Notes under the pieces: model-generated | Database searches by the model: none | Told to the model about the DNA's origin: nothing | What the model saw: the letters and a program-made list of their open reading frames with translations, nothing else | Program-made: the position numbers and the translations under genes | In this document: one piece after another, positions 57,905 to 64,000 of the stretch | Position numbering within the stretch: position 1 is the stretch's first letter | Layout of the letters: every line of letters starts with the position of its first letter | Source: an uncultured Chloroflexia bacterium | Lineage (GTDB): Bacteria; Chloroflexota; Anaerolineae; Anaerolineales; Anaerolineaceae | Length of the DNA stretch: 64,000 nt | Direction of reading: 5' to 3' | Assembly: GCA_963841805.1 (NCBI GenBank) | Contig: CAWJEB010000006.1 | Span: 17,480-81,479 of the forward strand

Positions 57905-57991
57905 TGGAAATAGCCGGGATGCGTAAATGCTGCTCAGCGCAACCTAACTGCTGTATAAAATTCAGGACCTAACCCACCCGACCTGCTCACA

Positions 57992-59146
57992 TCACTCGGT
58001 GTATGGCCCCCAGCGCAATCCGGGCTGGCGGTTCACGAACTCTGCGGAGTAATAATAGGCGTCCACTTCACTGCCTTCCAACTGGTGCTTGAAAAACGCA
58101 ACCACAAAATGAGTGATCTGTGCTTTTTCTTTGGCATTAAAGATCATCATATGCCCTTGATCGATAAATGAGATGAGGGTTTTTTCCTGGCTCCCGATCA
58201 TCTCATAGATGGAAGCAGCTTCCACCTGGTAGGGACTCATCGAATCCTGCGTTCCGCCGATCAGCAGGATCGGCATGGTGACAACCCCCAATCCACGTTC
58301 GCCGAACCAAAAGGCGCCGTCCGGCGCCATCGGTGCCGCAGCTTTGATGCGTTCGTCGGTCATTGGCTGCCAGAGTCCATCAGCTTCCACTGACAGGCGC
58401 TTTCCGGCATCGCCAACGATCCTTGTGTAATCGAGGTCGTCCGGGCACATATATCCCATCCACTCCGGGTTGGGCGTTGGAGAAATGGATTCCGGATGTT
58501 CGAGTAGTTGGGCGCACTTTTCCCGGTGTTTCTGCGGGTCAAACCTTGCCCCGCTTAAAGCCAGCGAATTGTAGCCATCGAATGAGTAGCCGAATACTCC
58601 CACATGGTCAGTTTCCAGCATTCCATTCAGCTCAGCCGGAGCATCGCTGGAGACATAGTCCAGCGCAGCCAGGATCTCCTGCGGGTAATCAATGATCTGG
58701 CTGCCCATAACATCATAAGGTCCCTGCCCATCAATGCTTACCACCACAAAACCATGTGTCACAACGAGCGGTGCAAATTCGTTCGCCATGGTACTCGAAC
58801 ACAAAAGCGTTGTGTATGGCGCCCCGGATGGATCCGGTTGAGCATCCCATTTCACAGTCCCCGTGTAATCCGGCGGACGGACAGCCGGATAAAAGATCGT
58901 CAGGTTCAATGTGGAGTCCGGCAGCCAGGGGTGTGAATATTTGACTGCCATCTTCCCGGCGAAATACTCCCCCGGTTTGGCATAGATCATCTCTTCAGGG
59001 ATGGGACCTGGTGTGGGCTTGGGAACAACGGTGGGAATCACAGCAACCGTGGTTGGCGGGGCTGTGATCGCCGGCTTGCTCTGAGGTGAACAGCCGCTTA
59101 ACGCGATGATTAAAAGCATAGGAATATACAGAATTCGGGTGAACAT
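57992..59146 (-). CDS. Secreted lipoprotein alpha/beta hydrolase (PAF-acetylhydrolase/dienelactone-hydrolase-like)
   Basis: ATG 59146 follows GGAGGGAG. Signal plus lipobox LIIALSGC. HGFVVVSIDG, elbow-like GYSFDG, GGTQDS, DQGHM. The ORF-track start at 59305 is upstream of the SD and signal peptide. Confidence 0.7.
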   Translation of the reverse strand: MFTRILYIPMLLIIALSGCSPQSKPAITAPPTTVAVIPTVVPKPTPGPIPEEMIYAKPGEYFAGKMAVKYSHPWLPDSTLNLTIFYPAVRPPDYTGTVKWDAQPDPSGAPYTTLLCSSTMANEFAPLVVTHGFVVVSIDGQGPYDVMGSQIIDYPQEILAALDYVSSDAPAELNGMLETDHVGVFGYSFDGYNSLALSGARFDPQKHREKCAQLLEHPESISPTPNPEWMGYMCPDDLDYTRIVGDAGKRLSVEADGLWQPMTDERIKAAAPMAPDGAFWFGERGLGVVTMPILLIGGTQDSMSPYQVEAASIYEMIGSQEKTLISFIDQGHMMIFNAKEKAQITHFVVAFFKHQLEGSEVDAYYYSAEFVNRQPGLRWGPYTE

Positions 59147-59395
59147 ATCTCCCTCCAGGCAAACCGATGGACGATTATTTTCGATCCGGGTCCTGTGTGG
59201 GTAAGGATGCCGCTGCAGATGTATGATGATGGGGTGGAATGATTCATTATAGCATGCAGCGCGCAGAATAAAAATAGGTTGGTTTTCGCAAAAACCCCTC
59301 AACACCTATACCAGCTGCCTTCACCTTCCGACCTCCGTCACAACGCCCCTATGCTATAATCCAGCTTGTATTTAAACACATCACGAAGGAAAATT

Positions 59396-62300
59396 ATGTT
59401 TCAGAATATTATCCGTGTATTGGGCGGCGACCCAAATAAAAAAGAAATTGACCGCATGATCCTGACCGTTGACGAGATCAACGCAATGGAAAGCGATTAC
59501 GAAAAGCTCTCGCTGGAAGAACTGAAAGCCAAAACTACCGAATTTAAGGACCGGCTGGCAGAGGGCGAAACTCTGGAAGACCTCCTCCCCGAAGCCTTCG
59601 CGGCTGTACGCGAAGCTTCCAAGCGTACCATCGGTCTACGTCACTACGACGTGCAGATGGTCGGCGGCATCACTCTCCACAGCAGCCGCATCGCCGAGAT
59701 GCGCACCGGCGAGGGTAAAACGCTCGTTGCCACCCTGCCGCTCTTTCTCAACGCGCTGACCGGTAAAGGCACCCACCTGGTTACCGTCAATGATTATTTA
59801 GCCCGGCGTGATGCCCGCTGGATGGCGCCGGTCTTTTCCGCCCTGGGGATGACCGTCGGCGTACTGCAGATGGCCAACCGCACCGAGAACGGCCGCATGG
59901 CCTTCATCGTGGACCTGGAAAAGGAATCGCCGCACGAAGATCAACACCAATTGCGTCTCGTGCTCCGCAAGGATGCCTACCTGGCGGATATGACCTACGG
60001 CACCAACAGCGAATTTGGCTTCGACTACCTGCGAGACAACACCGCCATGCGCCTTGAAGATCGCGTACAGCGCGGCCATCACTATTCCATCGTGGATGAG
60101 GTCGATAACATCCTGATCGATGAAGCCAGAACACCGCTCATCATCTCCGGCCCGGCATCCGAAAGCGCCGAGCAGTATCAGCGTATGTCTGGTGTGGTGA
60201 AACAGTTGAACCCGGAAGATTACGAGATCAACGAGAAGGATCATGCCGTCAGCCTGACCGAAGCCGGTCTCGTCCACGTGGAGATGATCCTCGGGCAATC
60301 GTTGGGCGACCCGGATCGTCCGGAAGACAGCACCCCAGAGCAGGAATCCCTGTTGGGTTTCCTGGAGCAGTCCCTGCGGGCTCAATATCTTTACAAAAAG
60401 AACAAGGAATACCTGGTGCAGGGCGGCAAGGTTGTCATCGTGGATGAATTCACCGGGCGCCTCATGCCTGGCCGCCGCTGGTCCGATGGACTGCATCAGG
60501 CGGTCGAAGCCAAGGAAGGCGTAAAGGTCGAGGCAGAGAACGTCACCTACGCTACCATCACCCTGCAGAACTACTTCCGCATGTATGAAAAGCTGTCCGG
60601 CATGACCGGTACTGCCCTCACCGAAGCTGAGGAGTTCGCCAAGATCTATAAGCTGGACGTTCTGCCCATCCCGATGAACCTTGAATACAACGCCACGCGT
60701 GAGAACAGCCCGTTGATCGAGATCCACGACAAGGATGGCAAGGGCTACAAATATTCTTATTATGCCCGCCGCGACGGGGATGAAAAGGTCCCCGTGTTCT
60801 GGCGGCGGCAGGATTTCCCGGATGTGGTTTACCGCACCGAGGAAGCCAAGCTGCGCGCCATCACCCAGGAATTGCTGCGTTTCTATATCATCGGGCGGCC
60901 GCAATTGGTGGGCACCACCTCGGTGGAACATTCCGAACGGCTGTCGCTGCGCTTGAAGGCGGAACCGGTTCGGCGCCTGTTGCTCACGCTGCTGCTCCGT
61001 CAAAAGTGGCTGGTGAAGAACAACCGCGAAGGGGATGAGCGCGAAGTGCAGGAACTACTGTTCCTGAATAAACCCATTGACGACCTGAATACCAACGAGA
61101 TGCGCCAATTAGCCCGCCAGTTGGAGATATCTTTCAACCCGGAAGACCTCGAAAACCTGGCGGACCTGCTGAACATATTGGAATTGGGTCCAGAATCTGG
61201 CGAGCGGCTGGCAGCCGTGATCCAGGCTGGTGTGCCCCACCAGGTATTGAACGCCCGCCGCCATGACGAGGAATCCAAGATCATAGCGGAGGCTGGCGCA
61301 TTCGGCTCTGTGACCATTGCCACCAACATGGCAGGCCGTGGTGTCGATATCAAGCTCGGCGGCGAACTGGATGGCGCAGCCCTGCACGATGCCAATCGCG
61401 CGCTCAACAAAGCCGGGGTGGATGACCCCTACAGCCTGACAATGGAAGCCCGTCGGGTGGCGTTACAAAAACTATCGCCTGATGATTATGGCATATACGA
61501 AACCGGCGTGAAGACCGTTCTGGAATATTTGGATAACATGGAGAGCGTCCGTGACCTGGGTGGATTGCATGTCATCGGCTCGGAACGCCACGAAGCCCGC
61601 CGCATCGATAACCAGTTGCGAGGCCGTGCCGCCCGCCAGGGCGACCCCGGTTCTTCGCGTTTCTACCTCTCCCTTCAGGACGAATTGATGCGCCTGTTCG
61701 GCGGCGGCCAGGTCGAAGACTTGATGGGTCGTCTCAAACTGGATGAATCGCTGCCTATCGAAAGCGGCATCGTCGGGCGGCTGGTGGAGCAATCCCAGAC
61801 GCGCGTGGAAGGCGCCAACTTTGACATCCGCAAGCACCTGCTCGAATACGACGATGTCCTCAACAGCCAGCGTGAACGCATCTACGGCCAGCGCAACAGG
61901 GTCTTCGCCAAGGAAAATCTGAGCGAGGATGTGACCGAGATCTTCCGCGACGAGCTGACCAAACGCATCCCTGAAGCCCTCAAAGATGAAGAGGGTCCGT
62001 GGCGGTTGCTGGCATATCTTGAAAGCGTCCAGCCTGCCATCATGTACGGCGCTGAATTTTATCCAACCTACACCCAGCGCCTGCTGCTGGACCGCGTAGA
62101 CCTGGATGGCGATCATGCCGCGATGAAAACCTCGCTGCTGCAGATCGCTGAAGAAGCCTTCGATGCCGAGCAGACGCGCCTGGTCGAATCCGCGCGCAGC
62201 CTCATCGATACCCAACAGGCAGCGCTTGAGACCCAGATCAATGAACGGGTGGATGGGCTCGAGACCTTCTTTGACGCCCTGCGCGACCGCGACGAAACCG

Positions 62301-63406
62301 ACGTCCGCAAATCCTCCGATCTGGTGGACGACCTGGGTTCAGCCATTGGCATCCCTGTTCGATTAAATAACGACCAGATGAAGCTGTTGGCCAATTCCCC
62401 CGAAGAACTGAAAGCGCCGCTGGAGGAGCAGATCGTAAACCTGCTCACCGGTCTCACCATCACGCGCCTCATCATGGCTTTTGACCGCCGCCTGGAAGAC
62501 AACCTGCCGGTCAAAGCTGCAGACCTGCAGAACAAAGATTGGAATGACGTCTCGGAAGAATTGATGCGCCAGGTTGAGGAGCTATTCAAGCGCAACCGCG
62601 CAAAATTATTTGGCGAGAACGGCCAGATCGTGCGTGACATGAACGCCGCCATCGACCGCCTGAACAAACCGCCAGTCAGCGAGAACCTGGCCATCCAGAT
62701 GATGGAAGTCATGACCCGCGGCGCGCGCATGGTCTTCGACAAGAAGACCCACAAACAAGCCTGGATGCCTACCACCCGGCTGCACTATATTTATCTTGCA
62801 GCTAAAATGATGCAGGATGAAAACGTTGCCAACACCATCGCGGACGTCCTGGAGCACCTCAGCGGCGCCATCGATGCCATGCGTGAAATGTGGGGCCAAA
62901 GCGAGTGGACTCGCTTCCAGCAGATGGATCTTTTACCGGGCGAGACCTTCACCAAACGCTTCGGTGTGGAAGTGGGAGAAGAGGAAGCTGCCCGCCTGAT
63001 GCAGATCCCGCTGGCAGACTGGACTGAAGATAGCAAAGAAACCGCCCGTTTCGTCATCGGCGAACAGGTGATGAACGAGATCAACCGCCACCTGCTGCTT
63101 TCGGTCATCTCGGAGCTGTGGGTGGAATACCTCACCCGCGTGGAAGCGCTGCGCGTCTCCATCGGGCTCGAGGCGTACGCCCAGCGCGATCCGCTGGTGC
63201 AGTATAAGAGCCGCGCCTCAGAGCTGTTCACCGTCCTGCTGCGCGATATCCGCGCCGGGGTCATCACTCGCGCCTTCACCTACCGCCCGCGCCAGGTCGT
63301 CCAATCCGTCCAGGATGATGCCACGGCTGCGCCTTTGCCGCCAGTTGAAGAAGTAGTCCAGCCGCAGCAGTCCCCTTCCAAAGGCAAACGGCGCCATCGG
63401 CATTAA
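59396..63406 (+). CDS. secA: Preprotein translocase ATPase SecA (unusually long, about 1336 aa)
   Basis: MRTGEGKT, DEVDNILIDEARTPLIISG, TNMAGRGVDIKLGG, RIDNQLRGRAARQGDPGSS, YAQRDPLVQYK. Start taken at ATG 59396 (MFQNIIRVLGG) after GAAGGA. Confidence 0.95.
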   Translation: MFQNIIRVLGGDPNKKEIDRMILTVDEINAMESDYEKLSLEELKAKTTEFKDRLAEGETLEDLLPEAFAAVREASKRTIGLRHYDVQMVGGITLHSSRIAEMRTGEGKTLVATLPLFLNALTGKGTHLVTVNDYLARRDARWMAPVFSALGMTVGVLQMANRTENGRMAFIVDLEKESPHEDQHQLRLVLRKDAYLADMTYGTNSEFGFDYLRDNTAMRLEDRVQRGHHYSIVDEVDNILIDEARTPLIISGPASESAEQYQRMSGVVKQLNPEDYEINEKDHAVSLTEAGLVHVEMILGQSLGDPDRPEDSTPEQESLLGFLEQSLRAQYLYKKNKEYLVQGGKVVIVDEFTGRLMPGRRWSDGLHQAVEAKEGVKVEAENVTYATITLQNYFRMYEKLSGMTGTALTEAEEFAKIYKLDVLPIPMNLEYNATRENSPLIEIHDKDGKGYKYSYYARRDGDEKVPVFWRRQDFPDVVYRTEEAKLRAITQELLRFYIIGRPQLVGTTSVEHSERLSLRLKAEPVRRLLLTLLLRQKWLVKNNREGDEREVQELLFLNKPIDDLNTNEMRQLARQLEISFNPEDLENLADLLNILELGPESGERLAAVIQAGVPHQVLNARRHDEESKIIAEAGAFGSVTIATNMAGRGVDIKLGGELDGAALHDANRALNKAGVDDPYSLTMEARRVALQKLSPDDYGIYETGVKTVLEYLDNMESVRDLGGLHVIGSERHEARRIDNQLRGRAARQGDPGSSRFYLSLQDELMRLFGGGQVEDLMGRLKLDESLPIESGIVGRLVEQSQTRVEGANFDIRKHLLEYDDVLNSQRERIYGQRNRVFAKENLSEDVTEIFRDELTKRIPEALKDEEGPWRLLAYLESVQPAIMYGAEFYPTYTQRLLLDRVDLDGDHAAMKTSLLQIAEEAFDAEQTRLVESARSLIDTQQAALETQINERVDGLETFFDALRDRDETDVRKSSDLVDDLGSAIGIPVRLNNDQMKLLANSPEELKAPLEEQIVNLLTGLTITRLIMAFDRRLEDNLPVKAADLQNKDWNDVSEELMRQVEELFKRNRAKLFGENGQIVRDMNAAIDRLNKPPVSENLAIQMMEVMTRGARMVFDKKTHKQAWMPTTRLHYIYLAAKMMQDENVANTIADVLEHLSGAIDAMREMWGQSEWTRFQQMDLLPGETFTKRFGVEVGEEEAARLMQIPLADWTEDSKETARFVIGEQVMNEINRHLLLSVISELWVEYLTRVEALRVSIGLEAYAQRDPLVQYKSRASELFTVLLRDIRAGVITRAFTYRPRQVVQSVQDDATAAPLPPVEEVVQPQQSPSKGKRRHRH

Positions 63407-63417
63407 ATATAGAGACC

Positions 63418-63717
63418 ATGAAAATATTTATAGTAGAGATCACTTACCGGGTCCCCTGGCAGCAGATGGAGACGGAAATCATGGAACATCGCAAGCTGTT
63501 GGATGAAGGCATGGCGCAGGGTTGGGTACTGTCCGCAGGTCCCCGTGAACCACGGATCGGCGGGATAGCCATTGTAAAAGCGGATTCCGTCGAAGAGTTG
63601 ACACAATTCTTCGCGGGAGGGCCGTATGTGCAAAAAGAGCTTGCGGATTACCGCTTCATCGAATTCAACCCCCTTAAGATGCAGCCCGAATTTATCCAAT
63701 GGCAGGAAAGAATTTAA
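63418..63717 (+). CDS. YciI-like (YCII domain) protein
   Basis: The 99-aa alpha/beta protein MKIFIVEITY...HRKLLDEGMAQGWVLSAGP...ADYRFIEF fits the YciI layout. Moderate confidence. Confidence 0.6.
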   Translation: MKIFIVEITYRVPWQQMETEIMEHRKLLDEGMAQGWVLSAGPREPRIGGIAIVKADSVEELTQFFAGGPYVQKELADYRFIEFNPLKMQPEFIQWQERI

Positions 63718-63718
63718 C

Positions 63719-64000
63719 ATGGCAGAACGACACATTTTAGTCACCAACGATGATGGCATCAATGCCCCCGGGCTGCTTGCCCTGGCGCAGGAGATGAAGA
63801 AGGTCGGCCAGGTCACCATCCTGGCGCCGGATCGTAACTGGTCAGCTTCCGGGCATGTAAAAACCCTTGACCGCCCGCTGCGGGTGCGCGAAACACACCT
63901 CTCGGATGGCACGCCCGCCTGGATGTGCGACGGCGCCCCATCCGATTGCGTCGCCCTGGCATCCCTCGGCTTCTTCCCCCAGAAGATCGACCTGGTCGTC
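63719..64000 (+). CDS. surE: 5'/3'-nucleotidase SurE, N-terminal part (runs off the window)
   Basis: ATG 63719, then MAERHILVTNDDGINAPGLLALA...APDRNWSASGH. Open to base 64000. It is not in the ORF track because there is no stop. Confidence 0.85.
   Translation, partial: MAERHILVTNDDGINAPGLLALAQEMKKVGQVTILAPDRNWSASGHVKTLDRPLRVRETHLSDGTPAWMCDGAPSDCVALASLGFFPQKIDLVV

Noticed and set aside
59798-62775. Long minus-strand ORFs inside secA (59798..61003, 401 aa; 61472..62215; 62113..62775)
   Set aside because: They are antisense to a gene with unmistakable SecA motifs. Their translations are Gly/Arg/Ala/His-rich low-complexity sequence with no start context. This is the usual shadow-ORF effect.
1-64000. 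Scan for tRNA, rRNA, tmRNA, RNase P RNA and CRISPR arrays in all spacers
   Set aside because: I saw no cloverleaf-compatible GTTCGAATC-type T-arms in spacers, no rRNA-like stretches and no regularly spaced short direct repeats. This was a by-eye scan, so a tRNAscan/Infernal run is still advisable.

Overview
This is a gene-dense 64-kb chromosomal window of roughly 50% GC. The protein content (LCP, VanW, lamin-tail-domain protein, DUF4388 with an MglA-like GTPase, a very long SecA, an acidic-tailed GyrA) makes me guess a Chloroflexota/Anaerolineae-like bacterium. That is inference only, since no search was possible. Bases 1-47994 and about 57992-64000 look like ordinary core genome. They hold cell-envelope genes (VanW, LCP, two PlsC-type acyltransferases), a GlpA-like FAD-oxidoreductase/DUF1667 trio, a YgiQ radical-SAM gene, gyrA and birA. 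They also hold an ECF transporter ending in a DUF62 SAM hydrolase, a KimA-like K+ transporter next to kdpD/kdpE, a tightly overlapping helicase/helicase/Cas4-like nuclease/recJ operon, dnaX-ybaB-recR, secA and surE. I recognised no rRNA, tRNA or CRISPR array. The unusual part is 47995-57991, between recR and the hydrolase/secA neighbourhood. It is a compositionally mosaic, partly AT-rich accessory stretch. It contains two gene stumps (a thiolase 5' end and an orphan 3' end with its terminator), a DUF4096-only transposase relic, and an orphan 727-aa lipoprotein with two 101-aa tandem domains. It also contains two unannotated repeat families. One is a ~352-nt element present twice in direct orientation (55257, 56239) plus a diverged inverted copy (47995-48240). 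The other is a 58-nt hairpin element (52210, 57000). I could not assign these repeats to any RNA or IS family I know, and they are my best candidate for something undescribed. I did not find an obvious complete novel multi-gene system. Two genes (VanW-family, kdpD) carry single-base frame disruptions that may be assembly errors. All product calls rest on remembered family motifs read from the translations, not on database searches.
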